Shown here in pieces: positions 35,516 through 44,498 of a DNA stretch of 56,520 nt. The notes below the pieces were generated by a model, which was not told where the DNA came from, made no database searches, and saw nothing but the letters and a program-made list of their open reading frames with translations. Made by a program: the position numbers and the translations under genes. The DNA comes from a candidate division WOR-3 bacterium (GTDB lineage: Bacteria > Hydrothermota > Tepidihabitantia > Tepidihabitantales > CAIPLT01): NCBI GenBank assembly GCA_039801485.1, contig JBDRUR010000001.1, positions 1 to 56,520 on the forward strand, read 5' to 3'. Position 1 is the first letter of the stretch, and each line of letters begins with the position of its first letter.

Positions 35516-36253
35516 TTATTTAATACATTCGATTATTAAATAATAGCCGTATTTATTCAGTTTCGGTAAATGGTGTGAGATTGCGTGGTCAATATCATTT
35601 AAGAATTTTGCTAATCTTCGTAACTTTTTATAATCAAGGATGTGTCGGTCAAATAACCAAAAGAAACTAAATTCAGGAAAATGTAAATTAATCCTATTGA
35701 ATAATTGCTGGGCGTAGAAGATTTCATCAGCAGTGAGCGGTTTCTCATTAATTGTCCCTAGTCGTCGGATTCCGAATTTACCAACAAAATGTTTTCGAAT
35801 GAATTTAGTTATCGGGTTTAAATAAGATGTTTCAATAAAAACTGCTCGGCCATTTGATTTCAAAGTCCAGAAAATTTTATTACATGCCAGTTTGAAATCA
35901 AGATGGTGCAATATCCATTTACCAAACACATAATCAAACTCGCCCTGAGTAAAGGTAGTTTCTTCGAATGCTTTATTAATAAATTTTACCTTTGTTATCC
36001 AACCGGCTCGACGAATCCGATTTTCGGCAATTTCGATTGCGCTATTCGAGATATCCACCGCGACTACTTGACCACCCCTTTTACATAGTTCTAATGTTAG
36101 TCTTCCTGTTCCACAACCAATTTCTAATATTTGTTTGCCGGAAATATTACCTAAGAGTTCAAGTGCATAAATATCCCAATTCGATAGCTGTTCAAACTCC
36201 ACTAGTGATTTATCTGCTATTTCATCAAAGAATTGTTCTTCTTTTGCTTGCAA
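35516..36253 (-). CDS. Class I SAM-dependent methyltransferase
   Basis: Motif I ILEIGCGTGRLTLEL, followed by VVAVDIS. 245 aa; substrate unknown. Confidence 0.7.
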   Translation of the reverse strand: MQAKEEQFFDEIADKSLVEFEQLSNWDIYALELLGNISGKQILEIGCGTGRLTLELCKRGGQVVAVDISNSAIEIAENRIRRAGWITKVKFINKAFEETTFTQGEFDYVFGKWILHHLDFKLACNKIFWTLKSNGRAVFIETSYLNPITKFIRKHFVGKFGIRRLGTINEKPLTADEIFYAQQLFNRINLHFPEFSFFWLFDRHILDYKKLRRLAKFLNDIDHAISHHLPKLNKYGYYLIIECIK

Positions 36254-36279
36254 ATTACTTCTTGAAATATTCGTAAAAA

Positions 36280-37470
36280 TTATTTTAAGACCTTTTTAAT
36301 TTTTTCTAATGCCCAGTTTATCTCTTGCTTTTTAATAATCAATGGCGGTGCGAATCGGATAACATAATCATGGGTTTCCTTGGCTAAAATCCCTTCTGCC
36401 ATTAATTTTTCACAAAATGGTCTGGCTTTTTCATACAGTTCAACACCGATTAACAGACCTTTGCCACGGACTTCTTTAATATGCTTTGATTTTATTTGCT
36501 TTAATTCGTTAATGAAATAAGTTCCCATTTTCAAGGCATTATCAGCTAATTTCTCTTTAATGATTACTGCTAACGCTGTTTGGGCAATGGCACAGGCTAA
36601 AGGATTTCCACCAAAGGTTGAGCCATGGTCACCGGGTGTAAAAACATCCATAATGTTATTATCAGCGCAAATCGCTGAAACTGGATAAAATCCGCCACTT
36701 AATGCTTTACCGATTATTAATATGTCCGGTGGCGCATTCTCGTATTCATAAGCAAATAATTTCCCGGTTCTGCCCAGGCCAGTTTGGATTTCGTCTAAAA
36801 TAAACAAGATGTTATTGGCTTTACAGATTTCATATGATTGCCGGAGATAACCTTGTTGAGGAATTATCACCCCGCCTTCGCCTTGAATTGGCTCGACCAA
36901 AAATCCGACTGTGTTCTCATTAATCGCGCTTTTTAACGCTGTGATATCGTTGTAAGGAATGAGTTTAAAACCCGGCGTAAATGGACCAAAACCAAATCGG
37001 TATTGTTTTTCAGAAGAGAAACTAATAATCGTTGTTGTGCGACCATGAAAGTTATTTTCGCAAACGATGATTTCAGCGCAATTCTCCTTAACTCTTTTCT
37101 TAAGATAGCCCCATTTTCTTGCTGCTTTAATTGCAGTTTCGACTGCTTCAGCACCAGAATTCATTAACAATACTTTATCTTTTTTCGTGACTTCACACAA
37201 AAATTTACAAAATGGACCAAACTGGTCATTATGAAATGCACGGGAAGTCAAGGTTAATCTTGCCGCTTGTTTCTTCAATGTCTGTAAAATTTTTTGATGA
37301 CAGTGACCTTGGTTAAGAGCGGAATAAGACGAAAGCATATCAAGATATCTTTTGCCATCAACATCATAAACCCAAACACCTTTGCCTTTGGATAAAACAA
37401 CCGGTAACGGATTATAATTTATAGCACTATAATTAAAACTTAAATTAATTAACTTCTTGCTATTACTCAT
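36280..37470 (-). CDS. rocD: Ornithine--oxo-acid aminotransferase (class III PLP aminotransferase)
   Basis: SSYSALNQGHCHQKI (OAT-type), NSGAEAVETAIK, LDEIQTGLGRTGK, GKALSGG, STFGGNPLA. Confidence 0.8.
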   Translation of the reverse strand: MSNSKKLINLSFNYSAINYNPLPVVLSKGKGVWVYDVDGKRYLDMLSSYSALNQGHCHQKILQTLKKQAARLTLTSRAFHNDQFGPFCKFLCEVTKKDKVLLMNSGAEAVETAIKAARKWGYLKKRVKENCAEIIVCENNFHGRTTTIISFSSEKQYRFGFGPFTPGFKLIPYNDITALKSAINENTVGFLVEPIQGEGGVIIPQQGYLRQSYEICKANNILFILDEIQTGLGRTGKLFAYEYENAPPDILIIGKALSGGFYPVSAICADNNIMDVFTPGDHGSTFGGNPLACAIAQTALAVIIKEKLADNALKMGTYFINELKQIKSKHIKEVRGKGLLIGVELYEKARPFCEKLMAEGILAKETHDYVIRFAPPLIIKKQEINWALEKIKKVLK

Positions 37471-37483
37471 TTTACTCCTTTCT

Positions 37484-37846
37484 TTAATACAAAATAATTG
37501 GGCACGGTAATTGTTCTAAAAAATCGTCAAACTCATCATGCGCCAATGTTAGAAATTTCGATTTCGGAACAATTACTAAATCGGATTCTAATGTCTCGGC
37601 AATGCCGATGATATTGAAAAGAGAACCACGTTCAGTACCGATCGAAACTGAAAATCCTTGCCTTTCCAATTCTTCTTGGATTATAAATAAATTGTGCCAA
37701 CAATTACATTCTTCTTGGAAATTTTTATGATTGGGTGCGGCTAAAAGTCCAAGCAAAATAATTTTATAATTGGTAGTGGTAAACCATTTCGTTAGTTTAT
37801 CTTTGATCACCTTTTCCCCATCAATTACTAAGATTATATTAGCCAT
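37484..37846 (-). CDS. Small cytoplasmic protein, uncharacterised (possibly USP-like alpha/beta fold)
   Basis: 120 aa. Begins with beta strand IILVIDG and ends with DLVIVPKS...LPCPIILY, reminiscent of universal stress protein topology. Lies 2 nt downstream of the permease gene. Confidence 0.3.
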   Translation of the reverse strand: MANIILVIDGEKVIKDKLTKWFTTTNYKIILLGLLAAPNHKNFQEECNCWHNLFIIQEELERQGFSVSIGTERGSLFNIIGIAETLESDLVIVPKSKFLTLAHDEFDDFLEQLPCPIILY

Positions 37847-37848
37847 AC

Positions 37849-39807
37849 TTATTTATTAATTAACAATTTTAAAAGCAATAACAAATTTGCTAATAATAAC
37901 GATAAGACTGTTACAATAATTCCAATTTTCACCCACTCTTTAAATAAAAACTTTCGTCGATATGACTTTTCATAGACTCCAATTGCTACCAAGTTAGCAG
38001 TTGAGCCGATCATTGTTAAATTTCCGCCAAAACAACCACCGATCAGCAGACTCCACCAAAAAAGATTGGCACCGATAATCCCTTGGGCATTTAAATCTTT
38101 TACTACCGGTACCAAAGCGGCAACAATCGGGAGATTATCGACAAAACCCGATAAGATGCCTGAGCCCCATAAAAGTAAAGTCATAATGCCGGCACTTTCT
38201 TTCAAATGCCCTAAAAATTGTAATGGTAAATGTTTTGATGCTTGCACTAAAAGATGCGCTAATTTTACGGTAACCCCAGTGTATTCCAAACAAGCAGCAT
38301 TAGCAAATAAAAACATAAAATAGAGGATAGTCCACCAATCCGGTCCTTTCTCAATAAAATATCGTCCCCGTTCTTCTTCTCGTAAAACAATAAAACCAAC
38401 AATTCCTAAAGCAGTTGCCAAAAGCACGGTCCTTTCTTCTACTTTTAATAATGCTTCTAAAAACGAATGGGAAACAACAAAAGCAACAAAAATTATAAAG
38501 ATTAAAACTGCCAATAATAATTCTTTATGTTCAGGCAGTTCTACTTTTTCTTCAATTTCGCTAATATCAAAAGCGATATTTCCGCCTTTGATTGTTTTCC
38601 GGTAATAGAGGGCGACAATTAAAGTTATTAATATTACGGTTAAAATTGAGATAACAGTTGAATTTTTTAAAAAATCAACAAATGTTAACTTGCCGGCAAA
38701 AGCAAGATAGATACCAATTGGGTTGCCAATTAAGGTTAAAGCACTACCAAGATTGGTTGCCATAACTAGTCCAAGTAAGTAAGGTATGATACCGACTTTT
38801 GTCCGACGAGCAATCTCAATGGCAATGCCAAAGGTAATTAAAATCGCTGAAACTTCGTCAATTAAACCGGCTAAAATTGCCGAAAAAAACATTAAGGCAC
38901 TGAACAACAACACCGGCGAATGGAAAAAATGTTTCAATGCCTTGACTACCAGAAATCGAAAAACCCCTTTGGCTTCAAACCATTTTACCAAGACCATCAC
39001 ACAAACAATAAAAAGAATTGTTGGAATCGACATGTATTTTACCGTTGTTTCAATATCCAACACCCCACCAACTAATAGTAAACTTAAAGCAATACCGCCA
39101 AATGCAACTCGATAGCGAAAGAATAATAATGTCCCCAAAACCATGCTAAAAAACAACACGACCGAGAGAACTTCTTTATTCACCCATTGCGTCTCATTAA
39201 ACCGCAGATAATCTAAACGATAATAGATATCGATATCCGGCAGTTTGACTAACGAGAATATTAATTTTGCCATCAAGAAAACGAAAATCATTCCTAAAAC
39301 AAACAAAATTACGCGCTGATATTTTTCCCAAAAAGATGGTGCATATCCAGTAGTTAGCAATTTATAAATCACCGTTGGCTTTTGTGATTTAATTATTTTA
39401 TTAAGCAATTCTGGAATGTTTAGAATTTGGGCGACTTCAGATAATATTCGCAAATACTCTTTCCGCAAAGACTCTGGTGCAAACAAAAATACAATTAATT
39501 TTACAGGCTTACCGTCTAATGCTTGCCAATCAATGCCCTTTTCACTTTTAAAAATACAACCAAATATTCGATTAGCACTATTAAGGATGATATGCGGAAT
39601 GGCGATTTCGCGACCAATCCCGGTCGAAGTAACATTTTCTCTAGCTTTTAATGCTGCGATGACTTCGGTTATTTGTGATTCGGATATTAATTGCTTATCC
39701 TTAAGTTTATTAACGACAAAGGAAAAGACTTCATCTTGATTGGATACTTTCGAATCAATAAATACTAAATCTAAAGAAAAGATGTCTTTAAGTTCAAAAT
39801 TATTCAC
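37849..39807 (-). CDS. Fusion of a PTS EIIA(Ntr/fructose-type 2) regulatory domain to an ArsB/NhaD/CitMHS-superfamily ion permease
   Basis: N-terminal ~150 aa include TSTGIGREIAIPHII (EIIA-2 phospho-His context). About 12 TM segments follow, with a GNLTMIGSTANL-type permease motif. GTG start. Confidence 0.65.
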   Translation of the reverse strand: MNNFELKDIFSLDLVFIDSKVSNQDEVFSFVVNKLKDKQLISESQITEVIAALKARENVTSTGIGREIAIPHIILNSANRIFGCIFKSEKGIDWQALDGKPVKLIVFLFAPESLRKEYLRILSEVAQILNIPELLNKIIKSQKPTVIYKLLTTGYAPSFWEKYQRVILFVLGMIFVFLMAKLIFSLVKLPDIDIYYRLDYLRFNETQWVNKEVLSVVLFFSMVLGTLLFFRYRVAFGGIALSLLLVGGVLDIETTVKYMSIPTILFIVCVMVLVKWFEAKGVFRFLVVKALKHFFHSPVLLFSALMFFSAILAGLIDEVSAILITFGIAIEIARRTKVGIIPYLLGLVMATNLGSALTLIGNPIGIYLAFAGKLTFVDFLKNSTVISILTVILITLIVALYYRKTIKGGNIAFDISEIEEKVELPEHKELLLAVLIFIIFVAFVVSHSFLEALLKVEERTVLLATALGIVGFIVLREEERGRYFIEKGPDWWTILYFMFLFANAACLEYTGVTVKLAHLLVQASKHLPLQFLGHLKESAGIMTLLLWGSGILSGFVDNLPIVAALVPVVKDLNAQGIIGANLFWWSLLIGGCFGGNLTMIGSTANLVAIGVYEKSYRRKFLFKEWVKIGIIVTVLSLLLANLLLLLKLLINK

Positions 39808-39813
39808 AATACC

Positions 39814-39841
39814 ATTCTATGCGTGTTTTGAGTTTTGTCAA
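39814..39841 (-). promoter_or_regulatory. Sigma70-like promoter (TTGACA-16-TAGAAT), -10 ends 6 nt before the GTG start
   Basis: Reverse complement reads TTGACA (39841..39836), 16-nt spacer, TAGAAT (39819..39814), GGTATT, then GTG at 39807. Confidence 0.45.
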
Positions 39842-40410
39842 TTTACTTAAATATCAGCCCCGGCTTTTTTGATGACAATGGTTGTTGTTTAATGCTAAAG
39901 ATGACTATTATACAACAGTGCCAAGCTATACAACACAACGACTAAGACTTAATGAGAATATAAAAATAAAAAGAGATTGCTTCGTCATTTACATTCCTTG
40001 CAATGACCTAAAAGTTTTTTACAAAGTCTAATCCTTGACCTTGTCCTCGATCCGATCCTTAACCTGCTTCTGAACATGATGCTGAAGCCGATGCTTTTTC
40101 TCGTTCTGAGTATGTTGCTGAGTTGCTATCTGGCGCCGAACCTGACATCTATTTCTTATTTTTAACTCTCAATGAGTTAGCTTCCCATTCTGAACTCCAA
40201 TCTTCTTTTGATTCTGAGAATTATTCCGAGCTTACGTCTTACTCCCTGAGTGCATTCGGGTGATGTCCGGGACTAGCCTTTTTTAATTTAACAGTGAAGG
40301 TAATTTACATTTTAATGCTATATATAATAGACTAATTTTTTAATAAAAAGGTTTCAGTAATTAGAAATTATCCGTGTCAAAATTATTGTTAAGAAATGTA
40401 TTAAATTTTG

Positions 40411-41901
40411 TTAATGTCGAAAGTGTCTTATGCCAGTAAAGACCAAGCAAATGTCATTTTCATTAGCGGCATTGATAACTTCATTATCATTGATGGAGCC
40501 GCCTGGTTCAATAATTACTTTGATGCCATTTTTCGCCGCCAAATCAATAGAATCTCTGAACGGGAAAAAGCCATCCGATGCCATTACGGCACCGGTCAGT
40601 TTTCCCTGGGCTTTTTTCAAGGCAATCTCAACTGCATCGACTCTTGATGTTTGTCCGCCGCCAATGCCAATTGTTGCTTTATCTTTTGAGATTACGATTG
40701 CATTGGATTTAACAAACTTTACCACCTTCCAAGCAAAAGCTAATTCGTTTAATTCATCTTGGTTGGGAGTTCGGTTGGATACTACTTTCCAGCTATTAAT
40801 ATCTGCTTTCAATTCATCACGCTCTTGAAGTAAAATTCCGCCCAAACAATTGCGAAATTGCTTTTTAGTTAGTTCGCCATGAAATTGAATAACTCTTAAA
40901 TTCTTCTTAGATTTTAATATTGCTAATGATTCGTTGCTAAACGCTGGGGCAGCGATGACTTCTAAGAATATTTTGGTCATTTCCTTGGCGGTTGTTTCGT
41001 CAACCAAACAATTAAATGCCACGATTCCTCCGAAAGCAGATTTTGGGTCCGATGCTAAGGCTTTTAAATATGCGTCAGCGGGATTGTTGGCCGAAGCGAC
41101 ACCACAAGGGGTGTTATGTTTAACGATGGCACAAGTGATTTCTGAAAAATCCGAAACAATTGAAATTACCGCATCTAAATCTAAAAGATTGTTATAAGAA
41201 AGTTCTTTTCCTTGAATTTGTTTCATTGAGAAATTGGTAAATGGGTCTTGATAATAAAATGCCTTTTGATGAGGATTTTCGCCATAGCGTAAAGGTAAAG
41301 ATTTAATATAGCTTTTGGTATAATATTCTTCAAAATTAACTGATTTAAAATAATTAAAGAAATATTCTTTGATAATGGCATCATAGTGGGCAACAATTTC
41401 CAAAGTTTTCAAGGCTAACAATTGCCGAGTTGCTAAAGAAATTTCTTTTTTTTCCTGAATTTCCGAAATTATCATTGGATAAAACTTTTTATCTGGTACA
41501 ACTGTGACAAATTCATAGTTTTTCGCACCAGCACGAAGTAAAGTAATGCCACCGATGTCAATCAGTTCAATCATGCTGTCATGAGTTAAGTTTTCTTTAA
41601 GTGATTTTTCAAACGGGTATAGATTACAGATAACAATATCAATTGGTAAGATATCTTTGTCTCGGCGATAGGATAAAATGCCCGCGGCGATTTTCGGATG
41701 TAATGTTTTTACTCGACCGCCTAAAATTTCTTCGGCACCGGTAAATTCTGAAACTTCAATGACTGGGATATTGGCATTACGCAAAAGTTCAGCAGTTTTG
41801 CTGGTAGCGATGATTTCAATTTGATGAAGAGATAATACTTTGGCTAAATCGATAATGCCTTCTTTATTATAAACACTGATTATTGCTCGTTGGATTTTCA
41901 T
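40411..41901 (-). CDS. purH: Bifunctional AICAR transformylase / IMP cyclohydrolase
   Basis: MGS-like N-terminus ISVYNKEGI...GGRVKTLHPKI, AICARFT domain, C-terminal FTGIRHFRH. Confidence 0.95.
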   Translation of the reverse strand: MKIQRAIISVYNKEGIIDLAKVLSLHQIEIIATSKTAELLRNANIPVIEVSEFTGAEEILGGRVKTLHPKIAAGILSYRRDKDILPIDIVICNLYPFEKSLKENLTHDSMIELIDIGGITLLRAGAKNYEFVTVVPDKKFYPMIISEIQEKKEISLATRQLLALKTLEIVAHYDAIIKEYFFNYFKSVNFEEYYTKSYIKSLPLRYGENPHQKAFYYQDPFTNFSMKQIQGKELSYNNLLDLDAVISIVSDFSEITCAIVKHNTPCGVASANNPADAYLKALASDPKSAFGGIVAFNCLVDETTAKEMTKIFLEVIAAPAFSNESLAILKSKKNLRVIQFHGELTKKQFRNCLGGILLQERDELKADINSWKVVSNRTPNQDELNELAFAWKVVKFVKSNAIVISKDKATIGIGGGQTSRVDAVEIALKKAQGKLTGAVMASDGFFPFRDSIDLAAKNGIKVIIEPGGSINDNEVINAANENDICLVFTGIRHFRH

Positions 41902-41904
41902 TTT

Positions 41905-43098
41905 TTAGGCACCGAATTTTTTAAGTTTCAAACTGTGTGCCAAAAGCAATTGCATAACTTTTAATTGAGGGAAAATACCTAAACTGCCTTGGGCACAGTT
42001 CTTTTCAGAAAATTTTTCAAAACCATCTTGCCGGCAATAACGGGAATAAAGTAAAAAGGGATTGGGATGCCACGAGTGTGATTTTAAAATTGCTGGCGTT
42101 GAATGATCTGATGTGATTGCGATAACATCAAAATCTAACCTGAGTATTTTAGGTAGTAACCGATCAAAATCTTCAATAAGTTTTACTTTGCCCATAAAGT
42201 TTCCATCTTCGCCCATCATGTCAACTTCTTTGAAATGGAGATAGAAAAAATCGTAAAAGTTATAGTTGTTGGCTAAGGTAAAGATTTCTGATTGCCAATC
42301 TTCAGAACATTCCAAGACATCCATTCCAACTAACTTGGCGATACCGCGATACATTGGGTAGGAAGCGATTGCTGCTGGTTTTATTTTGTAAATTTCCGAT
42401 ATCGGAGGTAAATTCGGATTATGGGCAAAACCCCTTAACAAGATGTAATTAGCAATTTTTTCATTTTTTAATATTTCATGGGCTTGTTCCAAAAACTGAT
42501 TTATGACCTTGGCGGTATGACGGGCTTTGGGTGTTAATGCCGCAATCTTTATTGGTTTTAAATTATCCTTTTGTGGGTCAGATTCGGTAATCTCGGCACT
42601 TAAATTTTCACCACGAAAAACTACGACAAATCGATGTCCTTTGCCGGATTTAATAATAACTTCAACATCATCAATTGTTTTTATCTGTTCTGATAGAACT
42701 CGACAAATTTTTTGATTTTCAATGGTTGAAATCCTACCTGCCCGACGGTCAACAATAATACCATCTTTAATTGTCGCAAAATTTGCCCGAACACATAAAT
42801 CATTAGGGCCAATTTCTAAGCCAACACCAAGTGCTTCTAAAATCCCGCGACCGATCTGATATTTTATTGGGTCATAGCCAAATAATGCTAAATGCGCTGG
42901 CCCACTTCCGGGAGTAATGCCGATATCAATCGGGATTGTCAAACCAAGACTACTTTTGAAGGTCAATTTATCAAGGTTAGGTGTCTTGGCTGTTTCTAAT
43001 TCAGTGTGACCATTTTGGGGCAGTCCGCCCAAACCATCAATAACAATCAGTAATATCTTTTTAGGGTTAGTGGTGATAGATGCTTCTAAAATATCCAT
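41905..43098 (-). CDS. apgM: Cofactor-independent phosphoglycerate mutase, archaeal-type (ApgM family)
   Basis: KILLIVIDGLGG, GPAHLALFGYDP, ITSDHSTP. I prefer ATG 43098 because the track's TTG at 43131 coincides with the -35 box of a TTGACT-16-TAAATT promoter. Confidence 0.8.
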   Translation of the reverse strand: MDILEASITTNPKKILLIVIDGLGGLPQNGHTELETAKTPNLDKLTFKSSLGLTIPIDIGITPGSGPAHLALFGYDPIKYQIGRGILEALGVGLEIGPNDLCVRANFATIKDGIIVDRRAGRISTIENQKICRVLSEQIKTIDDVEVIIKSGKGHRFVVVFRGENLSAEITESDPQKDNLKPIKIAALTPKARHTAKVINQFLEQAHEILKNEKIANYILLRGFAHNPNLPPISEIYKIKPAAIASYPMYRGIAKLVGMDVLECSEDWQSEIFTLANNYNFYDFFYLHFKEVDMMGEDGNFMGKVKLIEDFDRLLPKILRLDFDVIAITSDHSTPAILKSHSWHPNPFLLYSRYCRQDGFEKFSEKNCAQGSLGIFPQLKVMQLLLAHSLKLKKFGA

Positions 43099-43103
43099 AT
43101 ACC

Positions 43104-43131
43104 AATTTATTAAATAATTGCTAAAAGTCAA
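43104..43131 (-). promoter_or_regulatory. Sigma70-like promoter of apgM-purH (TTGACT-16-TAAATT), -10 ends 5 nt before the ATG
   Basis: Reverse complement reads TTGACT (43131..43126), 16-nt spacer, TAAATT (43109..43104), GGTAT, then ATG at 43098. Confidence 0.45.
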
Positions 43132-43138
43132 GATGATA

Positions 43139-43166
43139 TTGACAACTGCTATTTTATAGTTAAAAT
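43139..43166 (+). promoter_or_regulatory. Sigma70-like promoter of rpmF-plsX (TTGACA-16-TAAAAT), back-to-back with the apgM promoter
   Basis: TTGACA at 43139..43144, TAAAAT at 43161..43166. Here a ~95-nt leader with GGGAGG SD precedes the ATG at 43263. Confidence 0.45.
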
Positions 43167-43262
43167 GCTTAATATCATATTTATCATATTATTAAGTAGC
43201 TATGAAAATTATTAAAGAAAAATTAACAAATATTTTTTATTATTTAAGATTGGGAGGTAAAT

Positions 43263-43454
43263 ATGCCTTTACCAAAACGGCGACATTCTAAACAACGAGG
43301 GCGAAAACGACGAACCCATTGGAAATTAACTATTCCGAATTTGGTTGAATGTCCACATTGTCATGAAATGAAGTTGTCGCACCGGGTTTGCTTACATTGT
43401 GGGTTCTATGCCGGTGAAGAAGTTTTGGTTGTGAAGAAAAAAGAGAAGACTTAA
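43263..43454 (+). CDS. rpmF: 50S ribosomal protein L32
   Basis: [22 protein letters not shown]...CPHCHE...CLHCGFY. GGGAGG SD. Confidence 0.95.
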   Translation: MPLPKRRHSKQRGRKRRTHWKLTIPNLVECPHCHEMKLSHRVCLHCGFYAGEEVLVVKKKEKT

Positions 43455-43483
43455 AGAACCTTATTGGCTAAAAGTTCCTTATC

Positions 43484-44479
43484 ATGAAAATTGCCTTAGA
43501 TGTTATGGGTAGCGATAATGCGCCGGAAGTCGAAATCCTTGGTATGAAACAAGTGCTCCAGGAGTTTGACGATCTATATATCAGTTTGTATGGTAAAAAG
43601 GATATCATCAATCATGGAATTGAAGAATTTAAAGAGCGTTTAGAAATAGTCGACGCCCAAGAAACGATTGGGATGCATGAACAACCGTCGGTTGCACTAA
43701 AAACTAAGGCTAATTCTTCAATTGCCTTAGCCATTAAATCCTTAAAAGAAAAGCAAAATGATGCGGTTGTTAGTGCTGGGAACACCGGCGCGGTCATGGC
43801 TTTTGCGATATCGTTACTTGGCTGTATCGCTGGTGTCGACCGACCAGCACTTGCAGCACCATTTCCGACACCGAAGGGCAATACTTTGATGGTTGATATT
43901 GGCGCCAATGTCAATGTTAAACCAATAAATCTCTATCAGTTTGCGGTTATGGGCTCAATTGCCGCCAGTTATATCTTCAAGAAAGCCAATCCGACAGTCG
44001 GGCTATTAAATGTCGGTAAAGAACAGATTAAGGGACCAGAAGTTAATCAAACTGCTTATAAACTGCTCTCAGAAAGCGAACTTAATTTTATTGGTAATAT
44101 CGAAGGACAGGATATCTTAAAAGGCGTCTGCGACGTAATTGTCTGCGATGGTTATGTCGGTAATATTGTTTTAAAGTTTGGAGAAGGTATTGCCGAGGTT
44201 ATTCACGAACTTTTAAGGGATTATTTGGCATCAGAGTCGAAATATCGTGTGCGTCGTTGGTTTTCAAAACCAGTCTTCAGCGAATTTCTTAATCGATTAA
44301 GTTATGAAGAATATGGTGGTGCGTTGTTATTGGGTGTCAAAGGAACGGTTATCATCGCTCACGGGCGTTCAACAGTCAAAGCAATGAAGAATGCGATAAG
44401 AACCGCGGTCTATGCTGCTCGAAGTAAAATTACTGAGCACATCGAAGAAAGATTTCATCACTCAATCAATAAACCGTGA
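43484..44479 (+). CDS. plsX: Phosphate acyltransferase PlsX
   Basis: MKIALDVMGSDNAPE, SAGNTGAVMA, CDGYVGNIVLK. Canonical rpmF-plsX linkage. Confidence 0.95.
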   Translation: MKIALDVMGSDNAPEVEILGMKQVLQEFDDLYISLYGKKDIINHGIEEFKERLEIVDAQETIGMHEQPSVALKTKANSSIALAIKSLKEKQNDAVVSAGNTGAVMAFAISLLGCIAGVDRPALAAPFPTPKGNTLMVDIGANVNVKPINLYQFAVMGSIAASYIFKKANPTVGLLNVGKEQIKGPEVNQTAYKLLSESELNFIGNIEGQDILKGVCDVIVCDGYVGNIVLKFGEGIAEVIHELLRDYLASESKYRVRRWFSKPVFSEFLNRLSYEEYGGALLLGVKGTVIIAHGRSTVKAMKNAIRTAVYAARSKITEHIEERFHHSINKP

Positions 44480-44498
44480 CACAAAATAAAATTCATTT

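Noticed and set aside
39842-40410. RNase P RNA, tmRNA or SRP RNA in the purH-downstream island
   Set aside because: I looked for GAGGAAAGTCCGGGC and ACAGAA..CCGGCTTA (RNase P), for a GGGG... 5' end with a tRNA-like TTCGA..CCACCA 3' end (tmRNA), and for GGTCCGGAAGGAAGCAGCC (SRP). None is present. TGTCCGGGAC at about 40264 is only a partial resemblance.
43099-43131. TTG 43131 as the apgM start (track annotation)
   Set aside because: The TTG is part of a TTGACT -35 hexamer with a correctly spaced TAAATT -10. ATG 43098 then follows at 5 nt, and homologues begin close to the KILLIVIDGLGG motif.
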